Assembly (NCBI GenBank): GCA_049321005.1
Contig: JBMOQL010000009.1
Coordinates: 5,455 to 69,454 of the forward strand
Reading direction: 5' to 3'
DNA: 64,000 nt
DNA from: Pseudomonadota bacterium
GTDB lineage: Bacteria; Pseudomonadota; Gammaproteobacteria; Burkholderiales; Burkholderiaceae_C
The translations under genes were made by a program, and so were the position numbers. Below are positions 1 to 11,234 of the stretch, piece after piece. A model generated the notes under the pieces. That model ran no database searches. It was not told where the DNA came from and saw only the letters and a program-made list of their open reading frames with translations. Positions within the stretch are counted from its first letter, which is position 1; each line of letters begins with the position of its first letter.

Positions 1-1
1 G

Positions 2-535
2 TACCACGCCGGCACCTCGCCCGGCCGCAAGGAGGCGCTGGCTGGCACCGTCTGCCTGGCGCTGGAGATCCACGCCCAGCTGGAGGAAGAAATCTTCTAT
101 CCCGAGCTGCGTGCGCTTTCCACGCCGGTGAGCATCGTCGAGAAGAGCACGCCCGAGCACAACGAGATGCGCCGGCTGATCACGCAGCTGCGCAGCCTGC
201 GCGCCGACGACCCGGCCTTCGACCGCACCTTTGCCGAGCTCATGCGCGATGTGATGCACCACGTGGCTGACGAGGAGACCACCTTGCTGCCCGCCGCCGA
301 ACAGCTGCTGCCGCCCGAGCGCCTGGCCGAGCTGGGCGCGCAGATGACCCGCCGCCGCGCAGAGCTGCTCATCCCCCGCGCCGGCGAGCTGGCTCGCCAC
401 ACGCTGCGGGCGCTGCCGCACAGCGCCTTGGTCATGGGCGCCGGCGCCGTGGCCGCTGGCGCCTACCTGATCGGCCGCGTGTCGCCCTGGGATCGTGCGG
501 GTCGCCGGGGCCGTCCTGGCCATCCGTCTGCCTGA
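2..535 (+). CDS. hemerythrin/HHE cation-binding domain protein (5' end off window)
   Basis: The frame is open from nt 2. Translated LEIHAQLEEEIFYPEL and MRDVMHHVADEE resemble the His/Glu metal-ligand helices of hemerythrin-like domains. Codon usage is GC3-rich. Confidence 0.6.
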   Translation, partial: YHAGTSPGRKEALAGTVCLALEIHAQLEEEIFYPELRALSTPVSIVEKSTPEHNEMRRLITQLRSLRADDPAFDRTFAELMRDVMHHVADEETTLLPAAEQLLPPERLAELGAQMTRRRAELLIPRAGELARHTLRALPHSALVMGAGAVAAGAYLIGRVSPWDRAGRRGRPGHPSA

Positions 536-774
536 CAAGCGGCGCCCTTCATCGGCCGTTGCACGGGGGCCCCGACAAGCCGGCGTCGCGGCCCGGCATG
601 GGCCTTGTCTGGCGCTGGCACCGGCCATCTGCCCGGCGCGCACCCCCGGCACCTTGGTTTCTAGGGGGCAGCCATGGGCCGGTGTCCCTGACACGATGCG
701 CTTGCGGCCCTGCGCGCCACGCCAGTCGCCGCCGCCACCCACCCGCGCCGTCGGCCCACCAGCTGGGAGAGCCC

Positions 775-1194
775 ATGAACATCGAGCCCTATCTCTTCTT
801 TGAAGGCCGCTGCGAAGAAGCGCTGCGGTTCTACCGCGACACGCTGGGCGCGGAGATCCTGGCGCTGATGCGCTATGCCGAAAGCCCCGACGCGGCCAAT
901 TGCGCCACGCAAATGCCGCCGGACAAGGTGATGCACGCACTGCTGCGCATCGGGCAGAGCAAGGTGATGGCCTCGGACGGCATGTGCAGCGGCCAGCCGC
1001 AGTTCAAGGGCATGGCCCTCACCATCAATGCCGACACCGATGCCGACGCCCGGCGCCTCTTCGACGCGCTGGCCGCCGGTGGCCAGGTGAGCATGCCGAT
1101 GGGCCCCACCTTTTATGCCAGCAGCTTCGGCATGGTGAGCGACCGCTTCGGCGTGTCGTGGATGGTGATCAAGGCGCTGGACGCGCACGCCTAG
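775..1194 (+). CDS. VOC/PhnB-like (3-demethylubiquinone-9 3-methyltransferase domain) family protein
   Basis: ATG at 775 (MNIEPYLFFEGRCEEALRFYRDTLGAEI...FGVSWMV) is typical of the YjdN/PhnB glyoxalase-fold family. The upstream part of ORF 559..1194 is Arg/Pro-rich junk. Confidence 0.75.
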   Translation: MNIEPYLFFEGRCEEALRFYRDTLGAEILALMRYAESPDAANCATQMPPDKVMHALLRIGQSKVMASDGMCSGQPQFKGMALTINADTDADARRLFDALAAGGQVSMPMGPTFYASSFGMVSDRFGVSWMVIKALDAHA

Positions 1195-1222
1195 CAGCCT
1201 GCCGCTGCGGTATCTTGGGGGG

Positions 1223-2438
1223 ATGCGCTCCCCCGGTCCCTGCGCGCCGCCCCCTTTCGCTGCCCACGAGCCCGCACGCGACGGCGCACTGGCGGTCGCA
1301 CGCGCCTTCCTGCGCCTGGGCTTCACCTCGTTTGGCGGGCCTGTTGCCCATCTGGGCTACTTCAGGCAGGAGTTCGTGCAGCGCCGCCGCTGGCTGACAG
1401 ACGAGGCCTATGCCGATGTGGTGGCCCTCTGCCAGGTGCTGCCCGGCCCGGCCAGCAGCCAGGTCGGCATGGCGTTGGGGCTCATGCGTGCCGGACTGCC
1501 CGGTATGCTGGCCGCATGGGCGGCATTCACGCTGCCCTCGGCCTTGCTGATGATGGCGCTGGCCCAGGGCCTGGCCCATGCCAGTGCGCCCGCGGGGCTG
1601 CTGCAGGGCCTGCGCCTGGCCGCGGTCGCCGTGGTGGCGCTCGCGGTCTGGGGCATGACACGCCAGCTGTGCCCCGACCTGCCGCGCCGGGCGCTCGGGC
1701 TGGCCGCCGCCATGGCGGCGCTGGCTGCGCCGGCAGCAGGGGCCCAACTGGCTATCCTGGCTGCTGCCGCGCTGCTGGGCATGGCGCTCCTGCAGCCTCC
1801 GCCCTGGAGCGGACACGACAGCCTGCAGCTGCCGATGGGCCGCGTGGCCTCCACCGCCGCACTCGTGCTGTGGGGCGTGCTGCTCGTGTCACTGCCTGCC
1901 CTGGCGCTGCAGTGGGGCTGGCCTTGGGACACCGCCTCCGCGTTCTACCGCGCAGGCGCGCTGGTGTTCGGCGGCGGCCACGTCGTGCTGCCGCTGCTGC
2001 ATGCCGCCGTGGTGCCCGGCCAGGTGTCTGAAGAAGTGTTCATGGCCGGATATGGCGCGGCTCAGGCGGTGCCGGGCCCGTTGTTCACCTTTGCGGCCTT
2101 CCTGGGCGCCGCCACGCAGACCGGCCCCAGCGGCTGGCTGGCGGGCGGGCTGGCGCTGCTGGCGATCTTCCTGCCGGGTGCCCTCCTGGTGATCGGCGCC
2201 CTGCCCGTCTGGTCGCGCATGCGCCGCTGGCCACCAGCCCGCGCGGCCCTGGTGGCGCTCAATGCCGCCGTGGTGGGCCTGCTGGCCGCAGCGCTCGTCC
2301 AAGCCGGCATCCACGCCGTGCGGGGTTGGGCGGATGCCGGGGCGGTGGCGCTGGGTTGCCTGGCCTTGGCGGCCGGCCTGCCCCCCCTGGCTGCTGGTGC
2401 TGACCGCAGCCGGTCTGGGCTGGGCCGCGGGCGCCTGA
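1223..2438 (+). CDS. chrA: chromate transporter ChrA (CHR family); apparent frameshift at the C7 run 2381-2387
   Basis: The N-terminus FLRLGFTSFGGPVAHLGYFRQEFVQRRRWL and the internal repeat FYRAGALVFGGGHVVLPLL are CHR hallmarks. The listed ORF runs to 2602 with an Arg-rich tail overlapping the convergent gene. Removing one C gives a hydrophobic end PPWLLVLTAAGLGWAAGA and a stop at 2436-2438. Confidence 0.8.
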
Positions 2439-2493
2439 TCGGCGGGCCGCCGCGCTGCAGGCAAGCGACCGCCAAGGCCGCTCCCGCTTGGCC

Positions 2494-3081
2494 TCAGTCC
2501 ACCAGGGCACCGCTGGTGACGCCTGCCGGCGCGCCGGGACCACTGCCTCGCAGGGCCACCGGCGGGAAGTCCACCGGCACGTCGAAAGCGACGTTGACGT
2601 AGTTGGTGAACAGATTGAGCGCCACGTGGGCCAGGATCTCAACGATGGCTTCGTCGCTGTAGCCCGCCTGGCGCACGGCCTGCACGGCCGCAGCGTCAAC
2701 CTGGCCACGCTGCTCGACCAGCTGCAGGGCAAAGGTCAACGCTGCCTGGATGCGGGGGTCGGCGGAGCGCCCCGCCTGGGCCTCGTGCAGCTCGGCCTCG
2801 CTCACACCGGCCTTGCGGCCCAGCGCGGTGTGCGCAGCCAGGCAGTAGTGGCAGCGGTTGCGCTCGGCCACGGCCACGGCGATGCGCTCACCCAGGGCCG
2901 GGGGCAGGCTGCCGCCGCCCAAGGCGCCGAAGGCAGCCCACATCGATTGCAGCGCCGCGGGCGAGTGAGCCACGGCGCGGAACATGTTGGGCGTGGCGCC
3001 GAAGGCGGCGTGGATGCGATCCAGCAGTGCGCGGCTCTGGCCGCTGGCATGTTCAGGATCAACAAGGGGCATGCGGGTCAT
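2494..3081 (-). CDS. carboxymuconolactone decarboxylase / AhpD-like alkylhydroperoxidase family protein
   Basis: 195 aa with the CxxC motif (RNRCHYCLAAH) characteristic of AhpD-like proteins. It is divergent from an AraC regulator. Confidence 0.8.
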   Translation of the reverse strand: MTRMPLVDPEHASGQSRALLDRIHAAFGATPNMFRAVAHSPAALQSMWAAFGALGGGSLPPALGERIAVAVAERNRCHYCLAAHTALGRKAGVSEAELHEAQAGRSADPRIQAALTFALQLVEQRGQVDAAAVQAVRQAGYSDEAIVEILAHVALNLFTNYVNVAFDVPVDFPPVALRGSGPGAPAGVTSGALVD

Positions 3082-3177
3082 GTGGGCTCCTGGAGAGGTT
3101 GGTGAAAAACGCGGCTGTCCATCAGCCGCGCCGCCAGTGTCTTTCGCAGGCTTGTACGATGGGGCGCAAAACGTCCT

Positions 3178-4104
3178 TTGGATTTACCTTTTCGTCCAGT
3201 GTCGCCCCCACCTCTTCTGGATCGGCTGTCCGCGCTGATGGAGCGCTTCCGGGTGCGTGCGCGGCTCTTCCATGCCGGCCCGCTGTGCGGGGTGACGCAC
3301 TACGCCGCCGAGCCGGGACGCGGCTTCCTGCATGTGCTGCGCCGCGGTGAGATGGTGGTCACGCACCGCCCGCGGCAAGGCGCGCCGCGGCGCATCGTCG
3401 TCCAGGAGCCCACGCTGCTGTTCTATCCGCGGCCGCTGGAGCATGACTTCCACAACGCGCCCCGAGAGGGCGCGGACTTCGTCTGCGCCACGCTGGAGTT
3501 CGAAGGTGGCGCCCACCATCCCGTCGTGCGCGCCCTGCCGGCGGTGATCGTCCTGCCGCTGTCCCGTGCACCGGGCCTGCAGCAGACACTGGATCTGCTC
3601 TTCGCCGAGGCCGAACGCCTGCGCTGTGGGCAGCGGCTGCTGGCCGACCGGCTCTTCGAGGTGCTGCTGCTGCAGCTGCTGCGCTGGCTGCTGGACCACC
3701 CGGCGCAGGCAGGCCTGCCCAGCGGCCTGCTCACCGGCCTGGGGCACCCGCAACTGGCCCGCGCGTTGGTGGCCATGCATGAGCAACCCGGCCAGCCCTG
3801 GACGCTGGACACGCTGGCGGCGCAGGCGGGCATGTCGCGCAGCGCGTTTGCGGCGGCATTCAAGTCACAGGTGGGGCAGACACCGGGCGACTACCTGCTG
3901 CACTGGCGCATCAGCCTGGCCCAGGGGCTGCTGCGCCGGGGGCGTCCCTTGAAAGCCGCAGCCGACGAGCTGGGCTATGCCAGCGCCGCCTCCTTGTCAC
4001 GGGCCTTCAGCCAGGCGGTGGGCTGCTCGCCACGCATCTGGCTGGCACAGCAGTCCGCCACGGACGGCGCCCAGGGTCCGGCAGGCCAGCGCTCGCCGGC
4101 CTGA
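3178..4104 (+). CDS. AraC family transcriptional regulator (cupin N-terminus, HTH C-terminus)
   Basis: C-terminal WTLDTLAAQAGMSRSAFAAAFKSQVGQTPGDYLLHWRISLA...LGYASAASLSRAFSQAVGCSP is the AraC double-HTH signature. Confidence 0.8.
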   Translation: MDLPFRPVSPPPLLDRLSALMERFRVRARLFHAGPLCGVTHYAAEPGRGFLHVLRRGEMVVTHRPRQGAPRRIVVQEPTLLFYPRPLEHDFHNAPREGADFVCATLEFEGGAHHPVVRALPAVIVLPLSRAPGLQQTLDLLFAEAERLRCGQRLLADRLFEVLLLQLLRWLLDHPAQAGLPSGLLTGLGHPQLARALVAMHEQPGQPWTLDTLAAQAGMSRSAFAAAFKSQVGQTPGDYLLHWRISLAQGLLRRGRPLKAAADELGYASAASLSRAFSQAVGCSPRIWLAQQSATDGAQGPAGQRSPA

Positions 4105-4129
4105 GGGCCACCACGGCTCAGCCAGGCCG

Positions 4130-5716
<1,587 letters not shown>

Positions 5717-5797
5717 TGGCGAGCCTCAGGGGGTAGGCGCCCATGCGGAGCCGCAAGGGCCGCCACAATCTAACCGACCCCCTGCCAGCTGCCTGCT

Positions 5798-7552
5798 GTG
5801 GCCTGCCCGCAGTCCGTGCGCGCCGCCGCCCGGACCGCGGCCGCCCCCGTGCTCCTCATCCTGCCCGCCCCGGAGACCGCCTTGCCCGCACCCGCCACGC
5901 CCCTGCCCACCACGGTCGACGCCCTCATCGTCGGCGGCGGCATCAACGGTGCCGGCATCGCGCGTGACCTGGCCGGGCGCGGCTGGCGGGTGCTGCTGGT
6001 GGAGCAGGACGACCTGGCCGCGCACACCTCGTCGGCGTCGACCAAGCTCATCCACGGCGGCCTGCGCTACCTGGAGCACCGGGAGTTCGCGCTGGTGCGC
6101 AAGGCGCTGCGCGAGCGCGAGGTGCTGCTCAGGAGCGCGCCGCACATCATGCGGCCTATGCGCTTCGTCATGCCGCATGACCCTGGCATGCGCCCGGCGT
6201 GGCTGATCCGGCTGGGCCTGTTCCTGTATGACCACCTGGCCCGCCGCGAGGTGCTGCCCGGCTCGCACGGCGTGGACCTGCGCCACCACCCGGCCGGAGC
6301 GCCGCTGCAGGCGGGCTACACGCGGGGCTTCGTCTACTCCGACGGCTGGGTGGACGACGCGCGGCTGGTGGTGCTCAATGCACTGGATGCCCGCGACCGC
6401 GGCGCCACCCTCCTCACCCGCACCCGCTGCGTGTCGGCCGAGCGCGGCGCGCAGCACTGGACGGCCACGCTGCGGACCGAGCCCGGCGGCCCCCACGGCC
6501 TGGAGGCCCCCGAAGGCCATGACGGCCCGGACGGCGACACGCTGCACACCGTGCAGGCCCGCGCCCTGGTCAATGCCGCCGGCCCCTGGGCCGAGCGCTT
6601 CCTGCGCGACGTGGCGCGCCCGGCTGCATCCGAGCGGCTGGCCACGCGCAGCCTGCGTCTGGTGCAGGGCAGCCACATCGTCGTGCCCCGCAGCCTCACG
6701 CCCGAGTGGACGCACGACCACGCCTACATCTTCCAGAACCCGGACGGCCGCATCATCTTCGCCATCCCCTACGAGGGCCGCTACACCCTCATCGGCACCA
6801 CCGACTGTGAGCTGCACGGCGACCCGCGCGGCGCCCATGCCAGCCAGGCCGAGGTGGCCTATCTGTGCGAGCAGGCCAGCCGCTACCTGCGCCGGCCCAT
6901 CGGCCCGGCCGACGTGGTGTGGACCTACGCCGGCGTACGCCCACTGCTGGACGATGACAGCGCCAACCCGGCCGCCGTCACGCGCGACTACCTGCTGGAG
7001 CGCGACACCCACGCCGCCCCGCTGCTGACCGTCTGGGGCGGCAAGATCACCACCTTCCGCCAGCTGGCCGAGGACGCGGCCACCGACATCGGCCGCATGC
7101 TGGGCGAGCCGCGCCGCGCCTGGACCCGCAGCGCCGTTCTGCCCGGCGGTGATCTCAGCGGCTGGGTGCGCGTGACCGGCCGGCCCGATGAAGACTTCCG
7201 GCGCTTCGCCGCGGCGGTGCAGGCCCGCTGGCCTTGGCTGCCGCCCGACCTCGCCCTGCGCTGGGCCCGGGCTCATGGCAGCCGCATCGACCAGCTGGTC
7301 GGTGCGGCCACCAGCCTGGGCGATCTGGGCCGCGAGGTCGCACCCGGGCTCTTCGAGGCCGAGCTGCGGCACCTGATCGAGCAGGAGTGGGCCCGCACCG
7401 CCGATGACATCCTGTGGCGGCGCAGCAAGCTCGGCCTGCACCTGACGGCCGACCAGTGCCGGCAGGTGGCGGACTGGGTCAGCGCCTGGGCGCGCGGCCG
7501 CACGGCCGGCCACCTGGCCCCCACCACCCGTGCCCCGAGCGCCATGCCCTGA
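5798..7552 (+). CDS. glpD: glycerol-3-phosphate dehydrogenase (FAD-dependent)
   Basis: DALIVGGGINGAGIARDLAGRG (FAD dinucleotide fold) and SSASTKLIHGGLRYLEH are present. It is divergent from glpK. The true start may be an internal GTG/TTG near 5849-5880. Confidence 0.9.
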   Translation: MACPQSVRAAARTAAAPVLLILPAPETALPAPATPLPTTVDALIVGGGINGAGIARDLAGRGWRVLLVEQDDLAAHTSSASTKLIHGGLRYLEHREFALVRKALREREVLLRSAPHIMRPMRFVMPHDPGMRPAWLIRLGLFLYDHLARREVLPGSHGVDLRHHPAGAPLQAGYTRGFVYSDGWVDDARLVVLNALDARDRGATLLTRTRCVSAERGAQHWTATLRTEPGGPHGLEAPEGHDGPDGDTLHTVQARALVNAAGPWAERFLRDVARPAASERLATRSLRLVQGSHIVVPRSLTPEWTHDHAYIFQNPDGRIIFAIPYEGRYTLIGTTDCELHGDPRGAHASQAEVAYLCEQASRYLRRPIGPADVVWTYAGVRPLLDDDSANPAAVTRDYLLERDTHAAPLLTVWGGKITTFRQLAEDAATDIGRMLGEPRRAWTRSAVLPGGDLSGWVRVTGRPDEDFRRFAAAVQARWPWLPPDLALRWARAHGSRIDQLVGAATSLGDLGREVAPGLFEAELRHLIEQEWARTADDILWRRSKLGLHLTADQCRQVADWVSAWARGRTAGHLAPTTRAPSAMP

Positions 7553-7588
7553 CACCCGCGCCCGGCAGCCGGGCGCTGAGCCGCCCTG

Positions 7589-7866
7589 CTAGCCCCGGCG
7601 GGCCGCCACGATCGCCGCAATGTCGATCTTGCGCATGGTCATCATCGCCTTGAAGGCCCGCTTGGCCGCCGCCTGGTCCGGGTCGGTGATCGCCTCCATC
7701 AACACCCGCGGCGTGATCTGCCACGACACGCCCCAGCGATCCTTGCACCAGCCGCACTGGCTCTCCTGCCCGCCGTTGCCCACGATGGCATCCCACAGCC
7801 GGTCCGTCTGCGCCTGGTCCTCGGTCAGCACCTGGAAGGAGAACGCCTCCGTCTGCCGGAACTCTG
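7589..7866 (-). pseudogene. 3'-terminal fragment of a VOC/PhnB-like gene (paralog of 8728..9207)
   Basis: It encodes only the C-terminal half (..FRQTEAFSFQVLTEDQAQTDRLW..CGWCKDRWGVSWQITPRVLMEA..). Nucleotide homology to 8728-9005 stops abruptly at 7866/7867, and no N-terminal half is present. Confidence 0.75.
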
Positions 7867-7951
7867 GAGCAGGTCACTAATGGACTGCTGTCGACCCACA
7901 GCCGAACAGCGATCCGCGCACGTGGAAGATTGGGGAGCAATTCCCATGGAT

Positions 7952-8641
7952 CTAGCAAATTGGATTCGGGTCTTCGTCGTCTTCATCAGCGCGACATGAG
8001 CCGCATCCGCCGCCTTCTGCCAGCCCGGGGCGGACCAGGTGCCGATGCACGGGCTGCCCGTAGAGGACTCGCGGACGATAGCCCGCGCCGAGCCCGCCCC
8101 GTAACCAGCGCACGACGTCCTCTTTGATCCCGTCGTTCGCATGCACCTTGTGGCCCGATGTGGGATGGCAGATCGAGCGGAATTCGACCGGAAGTTCAAC
8201 ACCGAGGTCGCCGAAATAGAAGAAGTTCTCGGCCAGCAAGGCGTTCTCGCCGCGCAGGTCTTCAGCTTGGTTGCCTGGCCCATGAACGCCAGGTCGCTGC
8301 CGCCACCTGCCGTCGGCCTCCTGCCAGTACAGGCAGTCGCCCACTTGACGCTCAAACGGCGCACCGGGTCGCCAGACCGGCAGCTTCGCTTGCAGCGATG
8401 AACGGCAGTGTTCGTCGTAGTCAGCCAGTGACATCACCTGCGAAACCTCCATGGCATAGATGACGCAGTGGCTCATGTCGCGCCGTCCAGGCGCGGTCTT
8501 GGATCCCAGCCCAACAATCCAGTCGCCAACCTGCGCTTTGCGCCGGATGGCCGGCTTGCAGATCGTGAGCGTGCAGACGCCCCCATAGGGGTTGGGCGCT
8601 GCGCCAGCATCGCTTGCGACGGTGTAGCTATACAAATTCAA
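7952..8641 (-). CDS. Nmad2-like putative nucleotide-modification-associated protein (hypothetical)
   Basis: A TTG start at 8641 is preceded by GGAG. The N-terminus (M)NLYSYTVASDAGAAPNPYGGVCTLTICKPAIRRKAQVGDWIVGLGS resembles the conserved opening of Nmad2-type proteins as I remember them. The rest of ORF 7952..9301 is an alternative-frame shadow over the VOC gene. Confidence 0.5.
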   Translation of the reverse strand: MNLYSYTVASDAGAAPNPYGGVCTLTICKPAIRRKAQVGDWIVGLGSKTAPGRRDMSHCVIYAMEVSQVMSLADYDEHCRSSLQAKLPVWRPGAPFERQVGDCLYWQEADGRWRQRPGVHGPGNQAEDLRGENALLAENFFYFGDLGVELPVEFRSICHPTSGHKVHANDGIKEDVVRWLRGGLGAGYRPRVLYGQPVHRHLVRPGLAEGGGCGSCRADEDDEDPNPIC

Positions 8642-8727
8642 GCCAACTCCATAAGGAAGTCCCGGAAGTCTTCCAACGCCAAGACCGCGAGCGGGGTGCC
8701 GCGCCGTTCGGTACACCGCGCCGCGCC

Positions 8728-9207
8728 CTAGCCGCGCCGCGCGGCCTCGATGGTGGCGATGTCGATCTTGCGCATCGGCATCATGGCGTTGAACACCCGC
8801 CGAGCAACCGCCGGGTCCGGGTCGGCGATGCCTTCCATCAACACCCGCGGCGTGATCTGCCAGGACACGCCCCAGCGGTCCTTGCACCAGCCGCACTGGC
8901 TCTCGGCGCCACCGTGATCGACGATGGCCTGCCACAGCCGGTCCGTCTCGGCCTGGTCCTCGGTCAAGACCTGGAACGAGAACGCCTCCGTCTGCCGGAA
9001 CTCCGGCCCCCCGTTGAGCCCCATGCACGGCAGGCCCATCACCGTGAAGTCCACCGTCAGCACGTCCCCCGCCTTGCCCGCGGGATAGTCGTCCGGCGCG
9101 CGCAGCACCCGGCCCACGGCGCTGTCCGGGAAGGTGGCGGCATAGAACTGCGCCGCATCCAGCGCGGTGCCGTCGTACCAGAGGCAGATGATGGGCTTGC
9201 TGGGCAT
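8728..9207 (-). CDS. VOC/PhnB-like (3-demethylubiquinone-9 3-methyltransferase domain) family protein, full length
   Basis: ATG at 9207 (MPSKPIICLWYDGTALDAAQFYAATFPDS...CGWCKDRWGVSWQITPR). It belongs to the same family as 775..1194 and the fragment at 7589..7866. Confidence 0.8.
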   Translation of the reverse strand: MPSKPIICLWYDGTALDAAQFYAATFPDSAVGRVLRAPDDYPAGKAGDVLTVDFTVMGLPCMGLNGGPEFRQTEAFSFQVLTEDQAETDRLWQAIVDHGGAESQCGWCKDRWGVSWQITPRVLMEGIADPDPAVARRVFNAMMPMRKIDIATIEAARRG

Positions 9208-9349
9208 GCTGGGGCTCCTGTGGTTGAGAAAGAAGGCCATTCGCCCTTGCCGGCCATGCCGCGCAACAGGCAACGGTATCCAGCCGCGCAGCTTGCTCCA
9301 ACGCGCCCCGTCCCGACAGTGCCTCATCTCCCTAGAAGGCCCGGCAAAG

Positions 9350-9390
9350 GACATGTGCAGCCGACATGTGCAGCCCACGGGTGTGCAGCA
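9350..9390. repeat. tandem 13-bp direct repeat GACATGTGCAGCC x2 plus a degenerate third copy, about 100 bp upstream of hsdM
   Basis: Read directly: 9350-9362 and 9363-9375 are identical, and GTGTGCAGCA follows at 9381-9390. Each unit contains the palindrome ACATGT. Confidence 0.6.
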
Positions 9391-9488
9391 GGCTCTTCGA
9401 CGCGGCCCCGACGCGGCCTGATCGCCCTGGCACCGCGCGGCATACTCCCCCGCCTCCCGGGCAAGCCGCTGCCCCAGCCACCTGACCC

Positions 9489-11234
9489 ATGAACCAACAG
9501 GCCCTCTCCGCATTCATCTGGTCCGTCGCCGACCTGCTCCGCGGTGACTACAAGCAGTCCGACTACGGCAAGGTCATCCTGCCCTTCACCGTCCTGCGCC
9601 GCCTGGACTGCGTGCTGGCGCCTACCAAGCCGGCCGTGCTGGCCGAGCTCGACGCCAAGACGCGCCTGGGCGTCAATCCCGAGCCCTTCCTGTTCAAGAA
9701 GACCGGGCTGAAGTTCTTCAACCGCTCGCCGCTGGACCTGGCCACGCTGCTCGGTGACCCGGACCACATCGCCCACAACCTCCTCACCTATGAGCAGGGC
9801 TTCTCGGCCGACGTGCGGGACATCTTCGAGCACTTCAGCTTCACCGCGCAGATCGAGCGCCTGAACAAGGCCGGCCTGCTCTACCAGGTCACCGAGAAGT
9901 TCGCCGGCATCGACCTGCACCCCAGTCGCGTCAGCAACGCCCAGATGGGCCTGGTGTTCGAAGAGCTGATCCGCAAGTTCGCCGAGCTGTCCAACGAGAC
10001 CGCCGGGGAGCACTTCACCCCGCGCGAGGTCATCCGCCTCATGGTCAACCTCATCTTCGTGGAAGACGACGAGGTGCTGGCCAAACCTGGCGTCGTGCGC
10101 AGCGTGTACGACCCCACGGCGGGCACCGGCGGCATGCTCAGCGTGGCCGGCGAATACCTGGCCCAGCTCAACCCCCAGGCCCGGCTGACCGTCTATGGCC
10201 AGGAGCTCAACCCCGAGTCGCATGCCATCTGCAAGGCCGACATGCTGATCAAGGGGCAGGACGTGGCCAACATCGCCTTCGGCAACACGCTCAGCGACGA
10301 CGGCCACCCCCACATGAAGTTCGACTACATGCTGGCCAACCCGCCCTTCGGCGTGGAGTGGAAGAAGGTCGAAAAGGAAGTCCGCCGCGAGCACGAGCAG
10401 CAGGGCTACAGCGGCCGCTTCGGCCCCGGCCTGCCGCGCGTGTCTGACGGCTCCATGCTGTTCCTGCTGCACCTCATCAGCAAGATGCGCCCCGCGGCAG
10501 AGGGCGGCAGCCGCCTGGCCATCGTGCTCAACGGCTCACCGCTGTTCACCGGCGGCGCCGGCAGCGGCGAGAGCGAGATCCGCCGCTACGTGCTCGAGAA
10601 CGACCTGCTGGAGGCCATCGTCGGCCTGCCGGGCGACATGTTCTACAACACCGGCATCGGCACCTACATCTGGGTCCTCAGCAACCGCAAGCCCGCGCAC
10701 CGCAAAGGCAAGGTGCAGCTCATCGACGCCAGCAACATGGGCCAGAAGATGCGCAAGAGCCTGGGCAACAAGCGCAAGGAGCTCAGCGACGCCCACATCG
10801 CGCGCATCAGCCGCCTCTTCGGTGAGTTCGTGGAGGCGCGCGACGACGACGGCAAGCCCGTCAGCCGCATCTTTGCCAACGAGGCCTTCGGCTACCACAC
10901 CATCACCGTGGAGCGCCCGCTGCGCGATGCCGACGGCAAGGTCGTGTTGATCGAGAAGGGCAGGCAAAAAGGCAAGCCCCAGCCCGACCCCGCCCTGCGC
11001 GACACCGAGAACGTGCCGCTCAGCGACGACGTGCAGGCCTATTTCGAGCGCGAGGTGCGGCCCCATGCGCCCGACGCCTGGATCGACCCGGACAAGACCA
11101 AGGTCGGTTATGAGATCCCGTTCAACCGGCACTTCTACGTCTTCAAGCCCCCGCGCCCGCTGGCCGAGATTGATGCCGACTTGAAGCGCACCACCGACCG
11201 CATCCTGGAGATGATCAAGGGGCTGTCGGCATGA
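9489..11234 (+). CDS. hsdM: Type I restriction-modification system, DNA methyltransferase subunit M
   Basis: HsdM N-terminal domain ([32 protein letters not shown]), the AdoMet motif [10 protein letters not shown] and the catalytic NPPFG are present. The stop overlaps the hsdS start (ATGA). Confidence 0.95.
   Translation: MNQQALSAFIWSVADLLRGDYKQSDYGKVILPFTVLRRLDCVLAPTKPAVLAELDAKTRLGVNPEPFLFKKTGLKFFNRSPLDLATLLGDPDHIAHNLLTYEQGFSADVRDIFEHFSFTAQIERLNKAGLLYQVTEKFAGIDLHPSRVSNAQMGLVFEELIRKFAELSNETAGEHFTPREVIRLMVNLIFVEDDEVLAKPGVVRSVYDPTAGTGGMLSVAGEYLAQLNPQARLTVYGQELNPESHAICKADMLIKGQDVANIAFGNTLSDDGHPHMKFDYMLANPPFGVEWKKVEKEVRREHEQQGYSGRFGPGLPRVSDGSMLFLLHLISKMRPAAEGGSRLAIVLNGSPLFTGGAGSGESEIRRYVLENDLLEAIVGLPGDMFYNTGIGTYIWVLSNRKPAHRKGKVQLIDASNMGQKMRKSLGNKRKELSDAHIARISRLFGEFVEARDDDGKPVSRIFANEAFGYHTITVERPLRDADGKVVLIEKGRQKGKPQPDPALRDTENVPLSDDVQAYFEREVRPHAPDAWIDPDKTKVGYEIPFNRHFYVFKPPRPLAEIDADLKRTTDRILEMIKGLSA

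Noticed and set aside
5726-7555. 609-aa minus-strand ORF antisense to glpD. Similar long shadows: 9324-10472(-), 13502-14620(-), 15369-17789(-), 18533-20428(+), 43123-46629(+), 55070-58555(-), 58096-60315(+, upstream part), 58614-61061(+), 60916-62469(-).
   Set aside because: All lie antisense to, or frame-shifted over, genes with clear family signatures. All show the Arg/Ala/Gly/Pro-rich, low-complexity composition expected from stop-codon-poor high-GC DNA.
7589-7831. 80-aa ORF as a functional small gene.
   Set aside because: It is just the C-terminal half of a VOC/PhnB-fold protein. Homology continues upstream of its ATG to 7866 and then stops. It is better explained as a truncated pseudogene.
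7952-9301. 449-aa ORF treated as one protein.
   Set aside because: Upstream of 8641 it runs in an alternative frame across the recognisable VOC gene (8728-9207, same strand) and is Arg/Gly/Pro-rich. Only the 3' 690 nt have protein-like composition and an RBS plus TTG start.
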